Assembly (NCBI GenBank): GCA_015063395.1
Contig: SVUF01000003.1
Location: forward strand, 1-43,948
Direction of reading: 5' to 3'
Source: Oscillospiraceae bacterium
GTDB lineage: Bacteria; Bacillota; Clostridia; Oscillospirales; CAG-272
Length of the DNA: 43,948 nucleotides
Below, in pieces: positions 36,219-43,948 of the stretch (position 1 is the stretch's first letter; each line of letters starts with the position of its first letter). Made by a program: the position numbers and the translations under genes. The notes below the pieces were generated by a model, which was given only the letters and a program-made list of their open reading frames with translations, ran no database searches and had not been told where the DNA came from.

Positions 36219-36953
36219 TTAGTTGTTTTCTTCCTCTGTAGCTTCTGTAGCTTCAGCTTCGCCTGCAAGCTCTTCGCCCTGCTTGCTCTCGATTACTGCA
36301 TCTGCAAGTGCGCCTGTGATAAGCTTTACTGCACGGATTGCGTCATCGTTACCGGGAATTACGTAGTCAGCGTCGTCGGGATCGCAGTTTGTGTCAACGA
36401 TTGCAACAACGGGAATACCAAGCTTCTTAGCCTCAAGAACTGCAATTCTTTCCTTGCGAGGGTCAACAATGAACACTGCAACAGGAAGATCTGTCATTGT
36501 CTTGATACCACCGTAGCTCTTTTCGAGGTCGTTCATCTCTTTTACAAGAGAAGCAACTTCCTTCTTGGGAAGAACTTCGAATGTTCCGTCTGCCTGCATC
36601 TTCTCAAGGTTGTTGAGACGAGCAATGGACTTCTTGATTGTCTTGAAGTTTGTGAGCATTCCGCCGGGCCAACGAACGTTTACATAGTACTGTCCGCATC
36701 TGATTGCTTCTTCCTTGATAGCATCAGCAGCCTGCTTCTTTGTTCCTACAAACAGAATGTTACCCTGTGTTGCAGCTTCGCGTACAAACATATACGCCTC
36801 ATCAAACTTCTTAACGGTCTTTGCAAGGTCAATGATGTAAATACCGTTTCTTTCTGTGAAGATGTACTCTGCCATCTTGGGGTTCCATCTTCTTGTGTGG
36901 TGTCCAAAGTGAACACCTGCTTCGAGCAATTGCTTAATTGAAATAACTGACAT
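36219..36953 (-). CDS. rpsB: 30S ribosomal protein S2
   Basis: [35 protein letters not shown]; start ATG 36953 with AAGGAGG SD. Confidence 0.98.
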   Translation of the reverse strand: MSVISIKQLLEAGVHFGHHTRRWNPKMAEYIFTERNGIYIIDLAKTVKKFDEAYMFVREAATQGNILFVGTKKQAADAIKEEAIRCGQYYVNVRWPGGMLTNFKTIKKSIARLNNLEKMQADGTFEVLPKKEVASLVKEMNDLEKSYGGIKTMTDLPVAVFIVDPRKERIAVLEAKKLGIPVVAIVDTNCDPDDADYVIPGNDDAIRAVKLITGALADAVIESKQGEELAGEAEATEATEEENN

Positions 36954-36964
36954 TTTATATGTCC

Positions 36965-37040
36965 TCCTTCGGTTATTTTCCACCACAGACGGATATTAGC
37001 CGCACCTTACGGCACCGAAAGCCGACCTGTGTGTGAATTT
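36965..37040 (-). promoter_or_regulatory. S2 autoregulatory leader RNA (rpsB leader)
   Basis: Minus strand CACACAC...GGTG...TGTGGTGGAAAATAACC between promoter and SD; motif order of known rpsB leaders. Confidence 0.7.
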
Positions 37041-37046
37041 CGAGGT

Positions 37047-37075
37047 ATTATATCACATTTATTTCCTTTTTTCAA
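37047..37075 (-). promoter_or_regulatory. sigma-A promoter of rpsB-tsf
   Basis: TTGAAA-17-TATAAT with extended -10 TG. Confidence 0.75.
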
Positions 37076-37130
37076 GGGGTATTCTCGCACTTTTTTAAAT
37101 TTAACATTATTTTAACAATTTTCTTTTGTA

Positions 37131-37158
37131 ATATAATCACCCCCTTTTGCATATTCAT
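37131..37158 (+). promoter_or_regulatory. Putative sigma-E promoter of spoIVA
   Basis: ATA-16 bp-CATATTCAT; spoIVA is an established sigma-E target. Confidence 0.55.
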
Positions 37159-37193
37159 GTACAAATCCAAGTTTCTTTTTTGGGGGATCGTTT

Positions 37194-38672
37194 ATGTCAA
37201 ATAAAAATATTTATCACGATATTGCTCAGCGTACGGGCGGGGATATCTACATCGGTGTTGTAGGCCCTGTACGCACGGGAAAATCCACGCTTATTAAAAA
37301 AATCATGGAAATGCTTGTAATTCCCAACATATCCAACAGCTACGACAAGGAACGCGCCAAGGACGAACTGCCCCAAAGCGCAGGCGGCAAAACCGTCATG
37401 ACAACGGAACCGAAATTCATTCCCGACGAAGCAGTTGCCATATCAGTTGACGACGCGTCAAATATCAAGATCAAGCTTATTGACTGTGTTGGCTACGTTG
37501 TTCCCGAGGCATTGGGACAGATCGAAGAGGGTCAGCCGAGGATGGTCCATACCCCTTGGCAAAAGGAGCCCATGCCCTTTGTTGAAGCAGCTGAATACGG
37601 AACCAAAAAGGTCATCACCGACCACTCCACCATCGGACTTCTTGTAACCTGCGACGGCTCTGTTTGCGATCTTCCGAGAAACCAATATATTGATGCCGAA
37701 GCCCGTGTTGCCGCAGAGCTTAAAAGCCTTGGCAAGCCCTTTGCCATTGTTTTGAACTCAAAGGATCCCAATTCCGAAAGTGCTGTCGCACTTGCCCTTG
37801 AGCTTGAGGAAAAATATAAGGCTCCTGTTGCACTTGTCAACTGTCTGCAGATCAACGCCGATGATATTCGCCACATTCTTGAGCTTATCCTTCAAGAATT
37901 TCCGATTTCGGAAATGAAATTCCGTCTGCCGGAATGGACCTCCGCTCTTGACCGCAACCACGAGCTTATCAGAAGCATTGAATCCGACATCATGAGCTGT
38001 GCCAACAAAATTTCAAAAATGGGAGAGGTCCGCCCTGCCCTTACACTTCTCGGGGAAAATCAGTATGTAGTTTCTGCCCACCTTGAGCGAATCGACATGG
38101 GTGAAGGAACTGTATCCTCCCGTCTTGAACTTGATCCCACGCTTTACTACAAGATCATGAGTGAGCTAACAGGACTTACCATCACCAACGAGGAATCCCT
38201 TATAAAGCTTATCCGCGATCTTGCTGAAATCAAGGTGAAATATGATAGGGTCTCCGAGGCTCTTGCTTCCGTTGAGGAAAAGGGCTATGGAATTGTCATG
38301 CCGGGAAGAGACAGCCTCACGCTTGAAGAGCCGAAGATCGTCAAGCAGCCGGGGGGCTACGGGGTTAAGCTGAAGGCAAGCGCACCGTCAATCCATATGA
38401 TAAAAGCGGACATTGAAACAGAAATCAATCCCGTCGTGGGAACAGAAGCCCAATCCGAAGAGCTTGTCAGATATCTTCTTTCTTCCTTTGAGTCCGACCC
38501 TTCAAAGATATGGGAAACCAACATGTTCGGCCGCACTCTTTATGATCTTGTAACTGACGGACTTCAAACCAAGCTGAAAAACATGCCGGAGGATTCCCGC
38601 ATACGCCTTTCTGAAACTCTCGGAAGGATCATAAACGAAGGAAGCGGCGGTCTTATCTGCATAATTCTCTGA
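37194..38672 (+). CDS. spoIVA: Stage IV sporulation protein A (coat morphogenetic ATPase)
   Basis: IYIGVVGPVRTGKST, DELPQS, MTTEPKF, INEGSGGLICIIL. Confidence 0.98.
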   Translation: MSNKNIYHDIAQRTGGDIYIGVVGPVRTGKSTLIKKIMEMLVIPNISNSYDKERAKDELPQSAGGKTVMTTEPKFIPDEAVAISVDDASNIKIKLIDCVGYVVPEALGQIEEGQPRMVHTPWQKEPMPFVEAAEYGTKKVITDHSTIGLLVTCDGSVCDLPRNQYIDAEARVAAELKSLGKPFAIVLNSKDPNSESAVALALELEEKYKAPVALVNCLQINADDIRHILELILQEFPISEMKFRLPEWTSALDRNHELIRSIESDIMSCANKISKMGEVRPALTLLGENQYVVSAHLERIDMGEGTVSSRLELDPTLYYKIMSELTGLTITNEESLIKLIRDLAEIKVKYDRVSEALASVEEKGYGIVMPGRDSLTLEEPKIVKQPGGYGVKLKASAPSIHMIKADIETEINPVVGTEAQSEELVRYLLSSFESDPSKIWETNMFGRTLYDLVTDGLQTKLKNMPEDSRIRLSETLGRIINEGSGGLICIIL

Positions 38673-38673
38673 C

Positions 38674-38940
38674 ATGAAAAAAGGTTTTTCCACCCTGTGC
38701 GACCTTCGGCGCAAGGAGATCATAAATGTATGTACGGGAACAAGGCTTGGTTGTGTCAGCGATGTGGAAATCGACCTTGACTGCGGCAAGATCATTGCCA
38801 TCATCGTTCCGGAGCACCAATGTGTATTTTCCTTCAAAGCGCCTCAGGAATACAGAATTCCTTGGGACTGCATCAGCAAGATCGGCGATGACATCATCAT
38901 AGTAAATGCCGCTTATCCCATGGATCACAGCAAAATATAG
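38674..38940 (+). CDS. ylmC: YlmC/YmxH family PRC-barrel sporulation protein
   Basis: DLRRKEIINVCTGTRLG.VSDVEID...IPWDCISKIGDDIIIV. Confidence 0.88.
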   Translation: MKKGFSTLCDLRRKEIINVCTGTRLGCVSDVEIDLDCGKIIAIIVPEHQCVFSFKAPQEYRIPWDCISKIGDDIIIVNAAYPMDHSKI

Positions 38941-38980
38941 TTTTAAAAAAAACTTAAATATATTTATTACAATTATTGAT

Positions 38981-39014
38981 AAAAACCTGCTGTATTCAGT
39001 GTACGGCAGGTTTT
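38981..39014. terminator. Bidirectional terminator
   Basis: AAAACCTGCTGTA/TACGGCAGGTTTT stem between convergent units. Confidence 0.75.
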
Positions 39015-39060
39015 CATTGTTATGTGATCAATTGTGCTGTTTTCAGAGTATAAATCTTAA

Positions 39061-39324
39061 TCAAAAAACAGAGCATTCTTCAAATCTTTCACAACAATTG
39101 TTTAGAGTATTATTTCCGTCGAATGCGTAGTTCAAGATATCTTCTATAGTACCATTAACGAGATATTTCGATTCATTTTTATTACATCGATACAGTTTAT
39201 AAAAAATTTTACCAAACTTTTCTATACTTTCATAATCGGGTTCTAAGAAATATAACTGATTATTGATAGTAAATTCAATTTCATGTCCTAAATGTAAGCA
39301 TTCTATTAATTCTTCTGTTTTCAT
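39061..39324 (-). CDS. Small acidic hypothetical protein in an AT-rich segment
   Basis: GAGGT SD; ATGA overlap with the upstream gene; 87 aa. Confidence 0.7.
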   Translation of the reverse strand: MKTEELIECLHLGHEIEFTINNQLYFLEPDYESIEKFGKIFYKLYRCNKNESKYLVNGTIEDILNYAFDGNNTLNNCCERFEECSVF

Positions 39325-39896
39325 TTAATTACCTCACCATGATCTATTTGTAAACCTCGAATATAGATTATTAACACAAACAAATAAATAGCTTCAAAGA
39401 ACACGAAAAAAATTATACTTTCCGTTCTTGCTAAGCGACTATAGTCATTATAGTCATTCATTGTATAGTATGTTTTTGTTTCGCTTCTTAAATCCACTAT
39501 TGTATTGTAAAAACCATAAGTTCCTATACACTTATAATATTTCACATAAAGTTTTTCTGCCAAGAGATCTTTTGGGAGGTTATCACCGGAATATTGATTA
39601 AACAACCCTGCTCCATAGCGATAAGCTTCTGAATCAAAATAAATATTTAGTTGTTTATTAAGATCAGATTTAAAAACATCTTCAGCAAAACCAATTATTG
39701 TTTGGGTATTTTCATTAGTGGCGATTCTCGATTGATTTTGCATAACCGAAAAAATCCCTATAAATAATGCTTGTACAATAACAAAAAGCACTATGTTTTT
39801 TACCAATTTTCTTTTTCGTTTTCTCTGTTTTTCTCTTTTCTTTATAAGCTTTTTTTCTTTTCGTTTTCTAACTATCTCATCCTTATCCATATCCAT
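39321..39896 (-). CDS. Hypothetical 2-TM membrane protein with highly basic N-terminus, AT-rich
   Basis: GAGGT SD before ATG 39896; K/R-rich stretch, TM, external loop, TM. Confidence 0.7.
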   Translation of the reverse strand: MDMDKDEIVRKRKEKKLIKKREKQRKRKRKLVKNIVLFVIVQALFIGIFSVMQNQSRIATNENTQTIIGFAEDVFKSDLNKQLNIYFDSEAYRYGAGLFNQYSGDNLPKDLLAEKLYVKYYKCIGTYGFYNTIVDLRSETKTYYTMNDYNDYSRLARTESIIFFVFFEAIYLFVLIIYIRGLQIDHGEVIK

Positions 39897-39953
39897 AACT
39901 TTACCTCTTAAAGTATTTATTTTAACTACCTTCTTCAATCTGCACACCGTCAT

Positions 39954-42230
39954 TCAATCACAAGCCTTGCCGTAAAACACTCTGAATGCAGGAGTTGCAA
40001 CTCTTCCGTAATTACATAAATAGTGTATCTTTATATACGATTGGGTGGCGTCAGAGCCACATGATATCTCAAAGCTTCCGTCGGAATTTATGGGAGCAGT
40101 ATCGTATACAACTCCGGTTATACCAACTCTTGAAACATACATGGGGGTGAGAAAGCCGTCATATAACTGCACTTTACCCTTTATCATATTGTCCTCAGGG
40201 ATTATTATACCCTTGTCGGAATATCCGTTGGTGATTACAGTGACGCTGTCTCCGTACACCATAAGCTCCTGTGTGCCAAGAATCTTATTGTTTTTATCAA
40301 CGGCATTTACAGTATAATATCCGCTCTCAAGTGTACCTTTTTCAATTGTCAGTGTATGAGTTTGATTTCCCATGTCAACACTGTTTTTGAAAGAACAGCT
40401 CAATTCCTTCATTCCTTCTCTCAAAATCTCCACACCATCAACACCCTTACCTGCAAACAATGTGATCACAATGTCATCGTTAACGGAGTATACGGATTTG
40501 TTACCTCGGTCAAGAGCAATTGCCCCGCCTCCGTAATTGTAGCTTTTCGCTTGAGTAAGATATGCTCGGTCCATATCGCTTCTGCTGAGCTTTACCGTTG
40601 ATGACTCAATGCTTTTTGAAGAAATATCAAGGACAAGCTGATGTGTACTTAGATCATATGTATAGTCAAAAAATTCCTTTCCGTCAATAAAAACGCATCC
40701 GACTCTGTCAACGCTTTTGTCAAGAACCAAAATGCTTTTCCCGTTTTTCTCGGTAAATGCCTTGCCGCTATACTCCAGGATCGTATTATTTTCAATGCCG
40801 CTGTAGCGAAAGATCTTTGCAATGCTATATGTATTCAGTGACGATTCCTTCAAAAATCTCAGCACAAATTCATCGGCAGTGACTCTGTCCAAATGACAGT
40901 TGGAATAGTTGGATTCACTGTATGTAATATATTTGACCTCTCCACTTGGATCTTTTTCAACATCAAGAATGATTACAGTGTGACCGCCACCGTTTTCACT
41001 TCGGAACTGCACCACAATATCCCCGCTGCGCACCTTATTAAGATCCATAGGGACCTCCTCCATGTCCTTGTTTGCAAATGAATATGTGGTCTCATAGTAT
41101 GGCAATCCAATTGCATATCCCACAAGACTTGAGCAAACAGTGCCGTAATAGCACGATGCATTTTGCTGACCTATTGACTCATACACTTTTCCCAATGTAG
41201 AGCAAACATTTTTTCCGTAGGTACTGTCAAAGGTCATGGAATAATTCTTTATGGCAACCTCGTTGCAATTGTAGCTGTACAGTATTCCGTTGGGGTTTTC
41301 AAGACATGTCAAAAAGGTTTCGGGCAAAACGTCAACGCCCACAAATTTATTGTATCCCTTAACAGATGAATACGGAAATCCCTGGGAGGGCTTGTCCGGT
41401 GAAAACACTCCGTTCATGGAAGGCATATTCTTTTTCGGTGTCCACAATATCCGAGAAAGCATTTCCGATTTTTTCACTGCATTTTGGATATACTCCGACT
41501 TATAGTCGGGGTCATGGGTATAGCCCTCCGAGGAATATCCGCAAATGGAAAAGGAATCTCCCTTTTTTATAACTGTATTGCTTATGTAGCCTTCATACAC
41601 CCTGTCAATTTCTGTCGGAAAGGACAGCAAACCAAGCTCATCGGTATTAAAAGCGAAGATCAGATATTTGTCATTTTCTCCTGTGGTCACCGTAAGTATT
41701 CTGTCAATGGGCTTTCCGTTCACTCTGTTTGACATTATTGCCGTCAATGAATTTTCCTCTCCGCAATCCTCAGGAGATCTCGGCGCGCTTCCCAAAAACA
41801 CCACCATATCCTCCTTAAAGCACTGCATTACATACTCGGTGTTTTTTTCACATGGCATATAATATACTCTTTGATAGTGATATTCCTTGGTGTTTATCTT
41901 CTTTTTTCCTTCGTAGACAACACAGGATTTATTGTAGAAGTAATCCTCAGTCAAGAGAAGATTGGGAATTTCCGGCATTGGTGTTTCATCTCCCGTTATA
42001 TCTTCAGTTATGACGGAGGTATCAATATCAGTATTTATCACAGTGTCAATACCTGTATCAATACCCGTGTCAATCGATGTATTAACAGATGTATTAACAG
42101 GTATATTCACATCGGTGCCAATTTCCGTTTTATTATTATTTTCTTCTGTTTTCATTTGGTTTTCCTCAAAGCACGAGCACAGCGTCATCAGCATTGCTCC
42201 GCAAAGAATCAAAGTAATTATTTTTTTCAT
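39954..42230 (-). CDS. Large lipoprotein with putative CHAP/NlpC-P60-like cysteine hydrolase core
   Basis: AAGGAG SD; lipobox LCSC; YYGTVCSSLV...SGDIVV...GGHTVII...YSESN. Confidence 0.7.
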   Translation of the reverse strand: MKKIITLILCGAMLMTLCSCFEENQMKTEENNNKTEIGTDVNIPVNTSVNTSIDTGIDTGIDTVINTDIDTSVITEDITGDETPMPEIPNLLLTEDYFYNKSCVVYEGKKKINTKEYHYQRVYYMPCEKNTEYVMQCFKEDMVVFLGSAPRSPEDCGEENSLTAIMSNRVNGKPIDRILTVTTGENDKYLIFAFNTDELGLLSFPTEIDRVYEGYISNTVIKKGDSFSICGYSSEGYTHDPDYKSEYIQNAVKKSEMLSRILWTPKKNMPSMNGVFSPDKPSQGFPYSSVKGYNKFVGVDVLPETFLTCLENPNGILYSYNCNEVAIKNYSMTFDSTYGKNVCSTLGKVYESIGQQNASCYYGTVCSSLVGYAIGLPYYETTYSFANKDMEEVPMDLNKVRSGDIVVQFRSENGGGHTVIILDVEKDPSGEVKYITYSESNYSNCHLDRVTADEFVLRFLKESSLNTYSIAKIFRYSGIENNTILEYSGKAFTEKNGKSILVLDKSVDRVGCVFIDGKEFFDYTYDLSTHQLVLDISSKSIESSTVKLSRSDMDRAYLTQAKSYNYGGGAIALDRGNKSVYSVNDDIVITLFAGKGVDGVEILREGMKELSCSFKNSVDMGNQTHTLTIEKGTLESGYYTVNAVDKNNKILGTQELMVYGDSVTVITNGYSDKGIIIPEDNMIKGKVQLYDGFLTPMYVSRVGITGVVYDTAPINSDGSFEISCGSDATQSYIKIHYLCNYGRVATPAFRVFYGKACD
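42019..42126. repeat. Degenerate 12-bp tandem repeat (about 9 units) encoding T-x-I/V-D/N tetrapeptides
   Basis: gtatcaatatca/gtatttatcaca/gtgtcaatacct/gtatcaataccc/gtgtcaatcgat/gtattaacagat/gtattaacaggt... Confidence 0.75.
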
Positions 42231-42238
42231 GTTTCTCC

Positions 42239-43108
42239 TTAAATATCGTTAACACTTTTGGCTTCAAAAACACCTACTGCAACTCCCGAAAGAGCGGATT
42301 TTGCCCCTTCAAGCCTTCCTTTATCTGAAAAGATCCCGAAAACAGCCGCTCCGCTTCCGCTCATCAGCACACCCAAAGCTCCGCTTACAGACATGATCCT
42401 CCGAATTCTTGAACACTCACTATTTATGGGAAGCACCACCTTTTCAAAGGCGTTATACATATTTGCGCAAATTGCTCTTATATCACCATTTTCAAGGGCT
42501 TCTGTAATTTTACCGCTTCCGATGTGGCGAGATCTGTTCTTTATGTTGTCAAGTCTTTGATACGCTTGGGGAGTCGGACTTCCCTGCTTTCCGATTGCAA
42601 TTAGTATCAAACAGTCATCGGACAAGCTTGCGCATGGGGTAAATATCTCTCCGATACCGCCGCAAAGAGTTGCACCACCCTTTATACAAAAAGGAACATC
42701 TGCCCCAACCCTGAGACCTATGTCACACAGCTCTTCGAGAGTCAGCCTGTTTCCGTACATTTTATTCAGCCCTCTCAGTACTGCCGCCGCATCCGCGCTG
42801 CCGCCGCCAAGCCCTGCACACATCGGGATCTTTTTTTCAATATCAATTTCTACACGGGCATTCTCCTTTATCTCTTCAAGAAAAAGCTCCGCCGCCTTAT
42901 AAGCGGTATTACGGCTATCGCATGGAACCTCCCCGTTGTCACAGGTAATTACAATCTCAATGCTTTCTCCTTTTTCACAATTCAAGGTAACCTCGTCGCA
43001 AAGAGTCACCGTCTGCATGACTGTATCTATATTGTGATATCCGCTGGGAAGCTTATCCAAAACCTCAAGGTACAAATTTACCTTTGCATATGCCTTTTCT
43101 TTTATCAT
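42239..43108 (-). CDS. ispE: 4-diphosphocytidyl-2-C-methyl-D-erythritol kinase
   Basis: AKVNLYL, GYH, KKIPMCAGLGGGSADAA, GADVPF, MSGSG; start ATG 43108 with GGGAG SD. Confidence 0.95.
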   Translation of the reverse strand: MIKEKAYAKVNLYLEVLDKLPSGYHNIDTVMQTVTLCDEVTLNCEKGESIEIVITCDNGEVPCDSRNTAYKAAELFLEEIKENARVEIDIEKKIPMCAGLGGGSADAAAVLRGLNKMYGNRLTLEELCDIGLRVGADVPFCIKGGATLCGGIGEIFTPCASLSDDCLILIAIGKQGSPTPQAYQRLDNIKNRSRHIGSGKITEALENGDIRAICANMYNAFEKVVLPINSECSRIRRIMSVSGALGVLMSGSGAAVFGIFSDKGRLEGAKSALSGVAVGVFEAKSVNDI

Positions 43109-43149
43109 TTTATTTCTCCCATCATATAAAGCACTTGGCATCTGTAAAA

Positions 43150-43216
43150 ATTATAACACATATTTTTAAATTATTCAATGATTTGTGTTGACTAATTTAA
43201 AAATATAGGATAAAAT
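43150..43216. promoter_or_regulatory. Back-to-back divergent sigma-A promoters (ispE and AI-2E gene) within a 19-bp inverted repeat
   Basis: Minus TTGAAT-17-TATAAT (43150-43178); plus TTGACT-17-TAAAAT (43188-43216). Confidence 0.65.
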
Positions 43217-43246
43217 GTTATCATAAGTAAAAGAAGGTGAAGAAAC

Positions 43247-43948
43247 TTGAAGTTTGAAAAAAACAACAATTATAAATCAATTGCGGTATATGCTTTTTTT
43301 GCCTTATCATCTGCGATTCTTGTGTTCTTTTTAATAAATGAATATGAAAAGACACTTGGCATTATAAAAACCGTGTTAAGTCCCCTGTCATCTCTTTTGA
43401 TAGGAGTTGTAATTGCATATTTTCTGAATCCCCTTTTGAACTTTTTTGAAAGAAAGGTTTTCAAAAAGGTCTATCAAAAAAACAGATTTTCCAAGCTGCG
43501 CCGCGGTCTTTCGATCTTTTGTGTTTTTGCCATTGTATTGTTTGCCCTTTTCCTGTTTGTCATGTCGTTTATTCCTCAGCTTACAGAAAGCGTAAACAGC
43601 CTTATAGAGAATTACGGAACTGTTGACAAGGCAATTGCTTCCATTAACGGATTTTTGAAGAACAACCGATTTACCGCACCTCATTATGATACGATTATCT
43701 CGACCCTAATGGAATATGAACAGAAGATCTTCAATTTTCTCTATTCCGCCATTGAAAAAATTGCTCCTCTCGTGATCAATTATACAGTCGATCTTATGAA
43801 GGGCATCTACAATGTCATCATCGGCATAATATTTTCGATCTATATTCTTTGCTACAAAGAAAAGCTTTTGGCTCTTGTCAAAAAGCTCTTTACCGCATTT
43901 CTCTCGGAAAGCAGATTTTCATTCATCAGAAAGATCCTTGGAATCACC
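43247..43948 (+). CDS. AI-2E family transporter (PerM-like), truncated by window edge
   Basis: TTG start after AAGGTGA; MKFEKNNNYKSIAVYAF...LIGVVIAYFLNPLLNFFE...FIPQL...IFSIYIL..KEKL; frame appears open to the window end; absent from the ORF track. Confidence 0.85.
   Translation, partial: MKFEKNNNYKSIAVYAFFALSSAILVFFLINEYEKTLGIIKTVLSPLSSLLIGVVIAYFLNPLLNFFERKVFKKVYQKNRFSKLRRGLSIFCVFAIVLFALFLFVMSFIPQLTESVNSLIENYGTVDKAIASINGFLKNNRFTAPHYDTIISTLMEYEQKIFNFLYSAIEKIAPLVINYTVDLMKGIYNVIIGIIFSIYILCYKEKLLALVKKLFTAFLSESRFSFIRKILGIT

Noticed and set aside
35724-36941. 405-aa plus-strand ORF spanning tsf and rpsB
   Set aside because: Antisense shadow of two highly expressed genes that share a frame (30-nt gap). 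It is Cys/Leu-rich with no motifs.
1-43948. CRISPR arrays, tRNA/rRNA genes, prophage, reverse-transcriptase (retron/DGR) or defence genes
   Set aside because: No spaced direct repeats, cloverleaf motifs, integrase, RT or defence-nuclease motifs were seen by eye. Intergenic gaps are short and mostly explained by promoters and terminators.

Overview
About 44 kb from a spore-forming Clostridia-class Firmicute (Oscillospirales/Ruminococcaceae-like, inferred from gene content and order). Most of it is core chromosome: rpmB, plsY-der, yceD-rpmF, spoIIAA-spoIIAB-sigF, copA, rpmG-secE-nusG-rplK-rplA, a PPi-dependent pfk, mntP, a spoVAF/gerA-family gene, rpsB-tsf, spoIVA-ylmC and ispE. Accessory surface lipoproteins are interspersed. 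I saw no tRNA, rRNA, CRISPR array, prophage or recognisable defence system. The best candidates for undescribed biology are: (1) a membrane-tethered MerR regulator with an extracellular Cys/His-repeat domain, preceded by a 19-bp-spacer MerR-type promoter and followed by a lipoprotein with the same repeat; (2) a secreted GH27 glycosidase with an intact rhodanese domain and an NPCBM module, translationally coupled to a lipoprotein; (3) a REP-like inverted doublet with its own promoter at the left edge, whose terminal palindrome is interrupted by an IS5-family element; (4) an unannotated 14-codon uORF coupled to rpmG; (5) a CHAP-like lipoprotein followed by two AT-rich orphan genes. All calls come from reading motifs by eye and no searches were run. 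Several starts were moved from the ORF track to the codon with the better Shine-Dalgarno (SD).
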